A stretch of 64,000 nucleotides of DNA, taken from Prevotella sp. CAG:1185. Lineage in GTDB: Bacteria > Bacteroidota > Bacteroidia > Bacteroidales > Bacteroidaceae. The DNA is taken from contig HF992598.1 in the NCBI GenBank assembly GCA_000436695.1, forward strand, positions 6,715-70,714, in the 5' to 3' direction. The notes beneath the pieces are model-generated. The model ran no database searches. It was not told the origin of the DNA and saw only the letters and a list, made by a program, of their open reading frames with translations. The position numbers and the translations under genes are program-made. Below are positions 20,569-29,354 of the stretch, one piece after another (position 1 is the stretch's first letter; each line of letters begins with the position of its first letter).

Positions 20569-21276
20569 ATGAGCATCCTCACTGAATATATTCTACGCTT
20601 TATTAATCTTATTGCACCAAAACAATGTGTAGTATGCGGCAATCGACTGGCAATAAGTGAAGACGTTATATGTTCAATATGCAACCTGCACATGCCGAGG
20701 ACATATTTCTCAAAAAAGCCTTATGAAAATAATATGGCAAAACTATTCTGGGGACAAATAAAAATAGAGAAAGCAACGGCACTATTTTTCTATGAGCCAC
20801 ATTCAGAAATGAGCCGAATCATACTTTCCCTAAAATATCTTGATCATCCGGAAACAGGCGAACTCATGGGAAGAATGCTGGCAGAAGAAGCAAATAGAGA
20901 CAATTTTTTTGACGGTATAGACTTTATCATACCCATACCTTTAACAAGAAAAAGGCAAAGAAAACGCGGATACAATCAAAGTATGGAAATAGCACGTGGC
21001 ATAAATGAGATAACAAAAATCAAAATCATAAGCAATGCCGTAATAAGAAAAACATTTAAGACCAGTCAGACAAAAATGAACAGATGGCAACGGCAAGCCA
21101 ATGTCAAAGATGTATTTGCCATCGGCAAAAAGTTTGACTTGAACAACAAGCATATTCTTATAGTTGACGATGTTGTCACAACCGGCTCTACAATAATAGC
21201 ATGCGCGCAAAAGATAGCCGAAAACTACAATAACGTAAAATTCAGCATTATGTCTCTAGGATTCACAAAACACTGA
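20569..21276 (+). CDS. ComF-family protein (zinc-ribbon plus phosphoribosyltransferase domain)
   Basis: N-terminal CxxC...CxxC (CVVCGN...CSICN) and the PRTase motif ILIVDDVVTTGST. Confidence 0.8.
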   Translation: MSILTEYILRFINLIAPKQCVVCGNRLAISEDVICSICNLHMPRTYFSKKPYENNMAKLFWGQIKIEKATALFFYEPHSEMSRIILSLKYLDHPETGELMGRMLAEEANRDNFFDGIDFIIPIPLTRKRQRKRGYNQSMEIARGINEITKIKIISNAVIRKTFKTSQTKMNRWQRQANVKDVFAIGKKFDLNNKHILIVDDVVTTGSTIIACAQKIAENYNNVKFSIMSLGFTKH

Positions 21277-21319
21277 CGACAAAAGTTCAATATTGTAAAA
21301 GGCATTTGCCAAATGACGT

Positions 21320-22342
21320 TCAATGGGTCTTCAGGTCAGAATATTTTTTGCGACCTTTCACATAATATTGCCACAATAAAGAAAATCTATAAATACCGAC
21401 AATATTCTCAGTCTTACGCATTTGCTGTACCTTACTTCTGATTCCAACATACTCCGGCAACCACTTCTTAAAATCTCTTCGGGCTTTAACGATAGCCTTA
21501 AAATCTCCGACACAACCTGTAAGTAAAGACTTAAATGCGGCGACATAATCCAATATCATTCTGGCACGCATAACTTTATTCAGCTCACTGTCGGGCAAAT
21601 TTTTATAAAGCATCAACAGATTATTGCGGAAATTAAGGTATGTCTTCATCGGATTATTCTTAGGTAAGGTTCCGCCACCAACATGAAAGACAAAGCTATC
21701 AGGTATACAGAATATTTTACGCCCCATCAGACGAAGGCGCCAACACAAGTCTATCTCCTCATTATGAGCGAAGAAACGGGCATCAAATCCTCCTGAAAGT
21801 TTAAAATCCGAAGAACGTATCATCAGACAAGCCCCCGTGGCCCACAACACCTCTACATCATAATCATATTGCCCATTATCTGTCTCAACAAAATCAAATA
21901 TGCGACCACGGCAAAACGGATAGCCATATCTGTCAAGATAACCGCCACACGCCCCGGCATATTCAAATGAATCTCTGTCATTTTCAGACAACAACTTCGG
22001 CTGACATGCCGCCACTTCTTTATGATTATCCATAAACTCTATCAGCGGCGACAACCAATGATGAGACACCTCAACATCTGAATTGAGCAAGACATAATAC
22101 TCTGCATCAATCTTCTCAAGAGCTTTATTATATCCTTCGGCAAATCCCCAGTTCTTGTCAAGCAGCACTAAACGAACTTCAGGAAAATGTTGTTTTAAAA
22201 GTTCGACAGAATTATCCGTTGAAGCATTGTCGGCAACATAAACAGTGGCATCCTTGCGTGAATATTCAAGCACATTAGGCAAAAAACGCGTCAACATATT
22301 TGCCCCGTTCCAATTAAGTATTACAATCGCAACCTTTTCCAT
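21320..22342 (-). CDS. Family 2 glycosyltransferase
   Basis: VAIVILNWNG...VADNASTDNS...LLNSDVE, typical of the GT2 N-terminal domain. The start codon abuts the mtaB stop. Confidence 0.8.
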   Translation of the reverse strand: MEKVAIVILNWNGANMLTRFLPNVLEYSRKDATVYVADNASTDNSVELLKQHFPEVRLVLLDKNWGFAEGYNKALEKIDAEYYVLLNSDVEVSHHWLSPLIEFMDNHKEVAACQPKLLSENDRDSFEYAGACGGYLDRYGYPFCRGRIFDFVETDNGQYDYDVEVLWATGACLMIRSSDFKLSGGFDARFFAHNEEIDLCWRLRLMGRKIFCIPDSFVFHVGGGTLPKNNPMKTYLNFRNNLLMLYKNLPDSELNKVMRARMILDYVAAFKSLLTGCVGDFKAIVKARRDFKKWLPEYVGIRSKVQQMRKTENIVGIYRFSLLWQYYVKGRKKYSDLKTH

Positions 22343-23680
22343 TTACAATAAAGCTTTTAATGCCGTTTTATCATGATTAAATTCTCCGAGACGAACATTT
22401 ACAAGTTGGTTATCCAGTCTGTCGTTATCAGGTAACGGCGGCAATTCAACACGAATATAATTTTTTGTAAAGCCGTGCATTGCCTTTCCCTTTGCAGCCT
22501 TTTCAAACAACACTTCTGCCTCTTTACCTATAAAACGCTCGTAAAATGCGTGTGTCTTACACTCTGACATATCAAGAAGACGTTTGCTGCGCAATTTTTT
22601 ATCACTGTCAGACACTATATAAGGTATCTTCAGCGCCATTGTGCCCGGTCGCTCTGAATATGGAAATACATGAAGCTGCGTTACGTCAAGCGACTCCAAA
22701 AAATTATAAGTCTCCTCAAACAGTTCAGGACGCTCGCCGCGTGTTCCAACCATTACATCTACACCAATAAAGGCATCAGGCATAACTTTCTTTATTAAAT
22801 TTATCTTATGTGCAAACAATGCTGTATCATAACGACGATGCATCAGACGCAACACTTCATCCGACCCACTCTGAAGCGGGATGTGGAAATGCGGCATGAA
22901 AGCCCTGCTCTGAGCACAATATTCAATAAGTTCGTCATCAAGCAAATCAGGCTCAATGCTGCTTATACGATAACGGTGTATGCCCTCCACCTTGTCAAGG
23001 GCTTTAACCAGATCAACAAAACGCTCATGAGTTGTTTCGCCAAAATCGCCTATATTAACTCCGGTAAGAACAATTTCCTTGCCACCCTCAGCTGCGGCAT
23101 TCTCAGCCTGTTCAACAAGTGATGCTATACTTGGATTGCGACTGAAACCTCGAGCATAAGGTATTGTACAATATGTACAGAAATAGTTACAACCATCCTG
23201 TACTTTAAGAAAATATCTTGTTCTGTTTCCGCGCGAACAACTTGGCGCAAAGGTCTTAATGTCCTTTGTCTTTTCAGTATAATAGCGGTGTAATGCCCCT
23301 TCAGTTTTAGTTCCGCTCCACGCCTCAGACAAAAACTGAATAAGATTTGCCTTCTCATTGGCACCAAGCACCAAATCAACTCCATCAATACGGCTCACTG
23401 TTTCGGGTTTTAACTGAGCATAACATCCTGTTACAACAACAAAAGCTCCAGGATGATTGCGCACCATCCTGTGTATGGCCTGACGACATTTATGATCAGC
23501 AACTTCAGTAACAGAACAAGTATTTATTATACATATATCAGCCACTTCGCCATCTTCGACTGTACGCACACCCATATCAGACAACAAACGTCCAAACGTT
23601 GATGTCTCAGAGAAATTAAGTTTACAGCCAAGAGTAAAATAGGCTGCCTTCTTGCCCTGAAAGGCCGATGTATCTATCAT
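22343..23680 (-). CDS. mtaB: tRNA t6A37 methylthiotransferase (radical SAM, MtaB type)
   Basis: MTTase N-terminal domain (FTLGCKLNFSE), radical-SAM CNYFCTYC motif, and a C-terminal TRAM-like domain. Confidence 0.85.
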   Translation of the reverse strand: MIDTSAFQGKKAAYFTLGCKLNFSETSTFGRLLSDMGVRTVEDGEVADICIINTCSVTEVADHKCRQAIHRMVRNHPGAFVVVTGCYAQLKPETVSRIDGVDLVLGANEKANLIQFLSEAWSGTKTEGALHRYYTEKTKDIKTFAPSCSRGNRTRYFLKVQDGCNYFCTYCTIPYARGFSRNPSIASLVEQAENAAAEGGKEIVLTGVNIGDFGETTHERFVDLVKALDKVEGIHRYRISSIEPDLLDDELIEYCAQSRAFMPHFHIPLQSGSDEVLRLMHRRYDTALFAHKINLIKKVMPDAFIGVDVMVGTRGERPELFEETYNFLESLDVTQLHVFPYSERPGTMALKIPYIVSDSDKKLRSKRLLDMSECKTHAFYERFIGKEAEVLFEKAAKGKAMHGFTKNYIRVELPPLPDNDRLDNQLVNVRLGEFNHDKTALKALL

Positions 23681-24089
23681 ATTTTATTTTTACTTTTTGT
23701 TTACCATGTCCGGCAACAAACTACATAAAGCCGAACTTTAATCATACACATATTCCCCCAGCTAACTTTTACATATAAGAAGAATTAATTCATATATAAT
23801 CCATCTAAAATAATCATTCAATGCCGGGATAACTCTTTTTCTCATGCAAATCACCTTATATAATATATATGTGAATGCTTATTTACAAGAGTTTTATCTT
23901 ATTTTTCTTGATGCAAAGATAATAAAAAGTAGGAAATAAAGCCCTAAGCAAAAACCTTTTATTAACAAGGGCCTTTTGTTAATAGAAATTAACAGTTTGC
24001 ATTTTATTGATTATCAGCTACTTACAAAAAAGTTACAAAAAAGTATGAAAAAAAACACTAAAAGCAGAACAACGTATCAAAAAAATGTT

Positions 24090-24097
24090 TACCTTTG
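24090..24097 (+). promoter_or_regulatory. -7 box TACCTTTG upstream of the small lipoprotein gene
   Basis: Exact TAnnTTTG match 52 nt upstream of the ATG at 24149. Confidence 0.55.
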
Positions 24098-24148
24098 CAT
24101 CGTTTTAATAAACAAATGATTGTTTTACAGATTTAAAAAGCAAAGAAA

Positions 24149-24304
24149 ATGAAAAAATTAGTTTTAATGTTCGTAGCTATCGCAGCTATCTCTTTCGCAT
24201 CTTGTGGTAACAAAACAGCTCAGGCTGAGGGTGCTGACACAACAGATACAGCTGCTGTTGACACTGTTTCTGCTGATACAGCTGCTGCTGATACAGCTAA
24301 ATAA
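24149..24304 (+). CDS. Small (51 aa) lipoprotein with Ala/Asp/Thr-rich repetitive tail
   Basis: Below the ORF-track cutoff. My translation is MKKLVLMFVAIAAISFASCGNKTAQAEGADTTDTAAVDTVSADTAAADTAK. It has a lipobox (FASC), its own promoter box, and a strong terminator. Confidence 0.55.
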   Translation: MKKLVLMFVAIAAISFASCGNKTAQAEGADTTDTAAVDTVSADTAAADTAK

Positions 24305-24332
24305 TTTAGCTACAACAGTTAAAAGGAGATTG

Positions 24333-24362
24333 AAAACCGCAGGACTAAGTCCTGCGGTTTTT
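24333..24362 (+). terminator. Intrinsic terminator of the small lipoprotein gene
   Basis: aaaaccgcaggac-taa-gtcctgcggtttt forms a 13-bp stem followed by a U-run. Confidence 0.85.
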
Positions 24363-24446
24363 GCGTTTATAGACATCAAATGACTTGCTTACATAAATAA
24401 TAACAAACATCACTTCAGCAGGTACAATATACGGCTAATTGCTCTC

Positions 24447-24513
24447 TAAAAGGTATGCTTTCATATTATAAAATGCCACCTTTTACAAGCCAAAACGGCA
24501 TGTTTTAAACAGC
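24447..24513. repeat. Three tandem ~22-nt family-B mini-palindrome units
   Basis: The units are ctaaaaggtatgctttcatattat, aaaatgccaccttttacaagcc and aaaacggcatgttttaaacagc. They lie directly adjacent to family-A copy 1. Confidence 0.5.
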
Positions 24514-24531
24514 ATTATAAAGTTTAAAAAG

Positions 24532-24738
24532 ACTCATCACTCGTCACATTTAGCCATAACTTATTGAAAATAAGAACATTAAGATGTGACAAGTTATATT
24601 TTAAACTCATCACAGTACAATAAGTCAACACAAATCAGGAAAATAGTAATGAGGATGTGATGAGTTCCGTTTTTAACTTATCACAGCATAATACGTTTAC
24701 TTTCAATAAGTTATGGCTAAATGTGACAAGTGATGAGT
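24532..24738. repeat. 207-bp nested palindromic element (family A, copy 1)
   Basis: The 38-nt arm at 24532-24569 (actcatcactcgtcacatttagccataacttattgaaa) pairs with the reverse complement of 24701-24738 with 1 mismatch. Inner arms: atgtgacaagtta (24584-96) pairs with taacttatcacag (24677-89), and aaactcatcaca (24602-13) pairs with tgtgatgagttc (24656-67). Confidence 0.85.
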
Positions 24739-24841
24739 TTTTAATAAAATTTTTTTCGGATAAGCTCCATTATTAGAATAAAAAACGAAGGCGGCATCAA
24801 TTGATACCACCTTCGTTTTTAAATATATTACATATAATATT

Positions 24842-27800
24842 TTATTTATATTCAGCCCATGACTTGATGTCAATGTCATCTAACTTAACTCGACAGAATG
24901 CGTTAATGAATGCACTTGCCAAACGTCCGTTAGTGATGAGAGGCACATTGAGATCGATAGCGGCACGACGAATCTTGTAGCCGTTTGAAAGCTCGCTGGC
25001 AGTAAGATCCTTAGGAATATTTACCACCATGTCAATCTCATGATTATGAAGCATGTCAAGGGCCTGAGGCTTCTTATCCTTATCAGACGGCCAATAAACA
25101 AGCGTATTCTCTATTCCGTTTTCTGTAAGATACTTAGAAGAACCTACAGTAGCATAAAGTTTATATCCGTTATTAACCAGCTGACGTGCCGCATCCAGCA
25201 TGTCTGCCTTTTGCTTTGCACCACCTGTAGAAAGAAGAATATTCTTCTTTGGTATACGATGACCTACGGAAAGCATGCTCTTCAGCAATGCTGTATTTGT
25301 GTCGTCACCAAGACATCCAACCTCACCGGTTGAAGCCATATCTACGCCAAGCACCGGATCGGCCTTCTGCAGACGGTTAAACGAGAACTGACTGGCCTTA
25401 ATACCAACATAATCAAGGTCGAACAAAGTCTTCTCAGGCTTTTCTACCGGCAGACCGAGCATAACCTTTGTAGCAAGCTCTATAAGATTTATCTTAAGAA
25501 CCTTGCTTACAAACGGGAATGAACGCGATGCACGCAGGTTACACTCAATTACCTTTATATCATTTTCGCGGGCAAGGAACTGTATGTTAAATGGTCCGCT
25601 GATGTGCAGTTCCTGAGCAATCATCTTGCTGACACGCTTTATGCGGCGTATTGTTTCGCAATAAAGTTTCTGCGGCGGGAACTGTATTGTAGCATCACCT
25701 GAGTGAACACCGGCAAACTCGATATGTTCGCTGATTGCGTAAGCAATGATTTCACCATTCTTGGCAACAGCATCCATCTCAACCTCTTTGGCATGCTCGA
25801 TAAACTGACTTACAACAACAGGATGGTCTTCAGAAACATTGGCTGCAAGTTTGAGGAAGCGCTCAAGCTCTTCCTTGTTTGAACATACGTTCATTGCCGC
25901 ACCAGAAAGCACGTAAGAAGGACGAACCAATACAGGGAAGCCCACACGGTCGATAAACTTGTTGATATCATCCATTGAAGTCAGTGCGCTCCACTCTGGC
26001 TGGTCTATGCCGTTGCGTCCAAGCATTGAAGAGAACTTGGCACGGTCTTCGGCATTGTCAATATCCTTTGCAGACGTTCCAAGGATAGGAACATTCTGCG
26101 CGTCAAGACGCATTGCAAGGTTGTTAGGAATCTGTCCGCCTGTTGATACGATTACGCCGTAAGGACATTCAAGGTCGATGATATCCATTACGCGCTCGAA
26201 TGTAAGCTCATCGAAGTAAAGACGGTCGCACATATCATAGTCGGTAGACACCGTCTCGGGGTTATAGTTTATCATTATGCTGCGATAACCCTGCTTGCGT
26301 ATAGTGTTAAGTGCCTGAACGCCGCACCAGTCGAACTCAACAGAACTTCCGATACGATATGCACCAGAACCAAGAACTATGATTGAACGCTTGTCGTTCT
26401 CAAATGTAATGTCGCTCTTGACGCCTGCGTATGTAACGTAAAGATAGTTGGTCTGTGCAGGATATTCAGCAGCCAGCGTATCTATCTGCTTTACAACAGG
26501 CAGAATGCCGTAGCTCTTGCGTAGCTGGCGGATAACGAGTCCGGCCTTTGCCATATTGCCAAGTTCCTGCTCCAATCCGACTGCACGTGCTATCTGGAAA
26601 TCGGTAAATCCATATATTTTAGCAGTACGCAGCAACTCTTTGTCAAGCACATTGACGCTCTTACACTTCTTCAAAGTTTCGTCAATGTCAATGATGTGCT
26701 TCAGCTTATAAAGGAACCATTTGTCAATCTTCGTAAGTTCATGTATCTGGTCTATAGTATAGCCCTTATGCATGGCCTTAGATATGATGAATATACGCTT
26801 GTCTGTAGGCTCACGTAAAGCAGCGTCAATATTGTCAATCTCAAGTTCCTTGTTCTCAACAAATCCGTGCATGCCCTGTCCTATCATACGCAGACCTTTC
26901 TGAATGGCCTCTTCAAAATTGCGACCTATTGCCATAACCTCGCCTACAGACTTCATAGAAGAACCGAGTTCGCGGTCAACGCCACGGAATTTGCTCAAGT
27001 CCCAACGAGGTATCTTACATACAACGTAGTCGAGTGCCGGCTCAAAGAAAGCGCTTGTAGTCTTTGTAACAGAGTTTTTAAGTTCAAAGAGTCCATAGCC
27101 CAAACCTAGTTTTGCTGCAACAAATGCCAACGGATAACCGGTTGCCTTAGATGCAAGAGCCGAACTGCGGCTAAGACGTGCATTAACCTCAATGACACGA
27201 TAATCCTCGCTCTTCGGGTCGAACGCATACTGAACGTTACACTCACCTACGATACCGATATGACGGATAATCTTTATTGAAAGCGCACGCAGCTTATGAT
27301 ACTCGCTGTTAGTAAGTGTCTGTGAAGGAGCTATAACTATACTCTCTCCTGTATGTATGCCGAGCGGGTCGAAGTTTTCCATGTTGCAGACAGTTATACA
27401 GTTGTCATATCTGTCTCTTACGACCTCATACTCTATTTCTTTCCATCCTTTAAGGCTCTTCTCTACCAACACCTGTGGAGAGAACGAGAATGCTTTCTCT
27501 GCAAGCTTGTCAAGTTCTTCCTCGTTATCGCAGAATCCACTGCCGAGACCACCGAGAGCATAAGCGGCACGGATAATGACAGGATAACCAAGATCGGCAG
27601 CAGCCTTACGTGCCTGTTCTATAGTCTCGCAGGCTTCACTCTTGATTGTCTTTACGTCAATCTCGTTAAGCCTGTCAACAAAGAGTTCGCGGTCTTCTGT
27701 ATCCATAATGGCCTGAACAGGTGTGCCGAGCACTTTAACATTATATTTTTCGAGTACCCCACTCTTGTATAATTCAACACCGCAGTTAAGAGCGGTCTGA

Positions 27801-28072
27801 CCTCCAAACGACAACAATATGCCGTCGGGACGCTCTTTCTCGATTACACGCTCTACAAAATAAGGCTGAACAGGCAAGAAATAAATCTGGTCTGCAACGC
27901 CTTCTGATGTCTGAACGGTTGCAATGTTAGGATTTATAAGAACAGTTTTAACGCCTTCTTCTCTCAAAGCCTTCAAGGCTTGTGAACCGGAATAGTCGAA
28001 CTCGCCGGCTTCGCCAATCTTCAATGCGCCGGAACCAAGAAGCAGAACTTTCTTTATATCATTATATTTCAT
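24842..28072 (-). CDS. carB: Carbamoyl-phosphate synthase large subunit
   Basis: 1076 aa with duplicated ATP-grasp halves and an MGS-like C-terminal domain. The N-terminus LLGSGALKIGEAGEFDYSGSQA is unmistakable. Confidence 0.97.
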   Translation of the reverse strand: MKYNDIKKVLLLGSGALKIGEAGEFDYSGSQALKALREEGVKTVLINPNIATVQTSEGVADQIYFLPVQPYFVERVIEKERPDGILLSFGGQTALNCGVELYKSGVLEKYNVKVLGTPVQAIMDTEDRELFVDRLNEIDVKTIKSEACETIEQARKAAADLGYPVIIRAAYALGGLGSGFCDNEEELDKLAEKAFSFSPQVLVEKSLKGWKEIEYEVVRDRYDNCITVCNMENFDPLGIHTGESIVIAPSQTLTNSEYHKLRALSIKIIRHIGIVGECNVQYAFDPKSEDYRVIEVNARLSRSSALASKATGYPLAFVAAKLGLGYGLFELKNSVTKTTSAFFEPALDYVVCKIPRWDLSKFRGVDRELGSSMKSVGEVMAIGRNFEEAIQKGLRMIGQGMHGFVENKELEIDNIDAALREPTDKRIFIISKAMHKGYTIDQIHELTKIDKWFLYKLKHIIDIDETLKKCKSVNVLDKELLRTAKIYGFTDFQIARAVGLEQELGNMAKAGLVIRQLRKSYGILPVVKQIDTLAAEYPAQTNYLYVTYAGVKSDITFENDKRSIIVLGSGAYRIGSSVEFDWCGVQALNTIRKQGYRSIMINYNPETVSTDYDMCDRLYFDELTFERVMDIIDLECPYGVIVSTGGQIPNNLAMRLDAQNVPILGTSAKDIDNAEDRAKFSSMLGRNGIDQPEWSALTSMDDINKFIDRVGFPVLVRPSYVLSGAAMNVCSNKEELERFLKLAANVSEDHPVVVSQFIEHAKEVEMDAVAKNGEIIAYAISEHIEFAGVHSGDATIQFPPQKLYCETIRRIKRVSKMIAQELHISGPFNIQFLARENDIKVIECNLRASRSFPFVSKVLKINLIELATKVMLGLPVEKPEKTLFDLDYVGIKASQFSFNRLQKADPVLGVDMASTGEVGCLGDDTNTALLKSMLSVGHRIPKKNILLSTGGAKQKADMLDAARQLVNNGYKLYATVGSSKYLTENGIENTLVYWPSDKDKKPQALDMLHNHEIDMVVNIPKDLTASELSNGYKIRRAAIDLNVPLITNGRLASAFINAFCRVKLDDIDIKSWAEYK

Positions 28073-28118
28073 GTCTTTTCTATTTATGCAATTATATTAA
28101 CTGCCTGTTAAACATATT

Positions 28119-29195
28119 TTATTTCAACGCATCTACAAACTTGTCAAACATAAACTCTGTGTCTACAGGACCTGAACAAGCCTCTGGATGGAACTGGCTT
28201 GAGAACCAAGGATTTGTCTTGTGGCGTATGCCTTCGTTACTGCCGTCGTTCATATTGACAAAAAGTTCTTCCCAGTCTTTACCTAAAGTAGAAGCATCTA
28301 CGGCATATCCATGGTTTTGACTTGTAACGTAGCAATTAGTTGTACCAACCATGCGTACAGGCTGATTGTGAGAGCGATGACCATATTTCAGTTTATAGAT
28401 CTTAGCGCCGCCGGCTTTTGCCAACAACTGGTTACCCATACAGATTCCGCATATTGGCTTAGTTGAAAGACTCATCTGCTTTCTTATTATATTAACCGCA
28501 TCCTCACACATATCCGGGTCACCAGGACCATTGGCAAGGAAAAGTCCGTCGAAGTCCATATCCGTATAATCATAATTCCAAGGAACACGTATCACTTCAA
28601 CTCCACGGTTAAGCAGACATCTGATAATATTATTTTTCACTCCGCAGTCAACAAGAACGACCTTCTTGCCGGCTCCTTCGTTGTAACGTATAATCTCTTT
28701 GCAGCTAACCTTGTCAACAAAATTGACACCTTCGTAATCGGCTGTAGGAATATTGTCCGGCTCATCATCAAACAATATCTTTCCCATCATGACGCCATGC
28801 TCACGCAACACTTTAGTAAGTTCGCGCGTGTCAATGCCAGTTATGCCGGGAACGTGTTCGCGCTTGAGCCAGTCGGCAAGACTCTCAACAGCATTCCAAT
28901 GAGAATACATCTCGCTGTAGTCTGCGACAATTATTGCCGACGCATATATCTTATCACTTTCCATGAAAGTGGCAATGCCATTACTCTCAACAGAGAATGG
29001 CGGAACGCCATAGTTTCCAACCAGCGGATATGTAAGAACCATCAGCTGACCTGCATAAGACGGGTCGGTAAGGCTCTCAGGATAGCCCATCATAGCCGTA
29101 TTAAACACCACCTCGCCAGCTACGGGAGAGTCGTATCCGAATGACTTTCCACGAAATTTTGTGCCGTCCTCTAAGACTAAAGTTACATTTTTCAT
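28119..29195 (-). CDS. carA: Carbamoyl-phosphate synthase small (glutamine amidotransferase) subunit
   Basis: N-terminal CPSase small-chain domain plus a triad GATase with PICGICMGNQLL and HGYAV. Confidence 0.95.
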   Translation of the reverse strand: MKNVTLVLEDGTKFRGKSFGYDSPVAGEVVFNTAMMGYPESLTDPSYAGQLMVLTYPLVGNYGVPPFSVESNGIATFMESDKIYASAIIVADYSEMYSHWNAVESLADWLKREHVPGITGIDTRELTKVLREHGVMMGKILFDDEPDNIPTADYEGVNFVDKVSCKEIIRYNEGAGKKVVLVDCGVKNNIIRCLLNRGVEVIRVPWNYDYTDMDFDGLFLANGPGDPDMCEDAVNIIRKQMSLSTKPICGICMGNQLLAKAGGAKIYKLKYGHRSHNQPVRMVGTTNCYVTSQNHGYAVDASTLGKDWEELFVNMNDGSNEGIRHKTNPWFSSQFHPEACSGPVDTEFMFDKFVDALK

Positions 29196-29354
29196 ATTTG
29201 CTCTCTTTTATAAAAAGACCCTTAAGCGATATCAGTCTTGTGTAATATCTGTTTATCTCTGCCGGAAACATTTTCCACACACAGCAGGAAACGCCTAAAA
29301 ATCCTTTTGTCCTTCAACTACTCTTATTTTAAATAATTTGTATTAATCACACGT

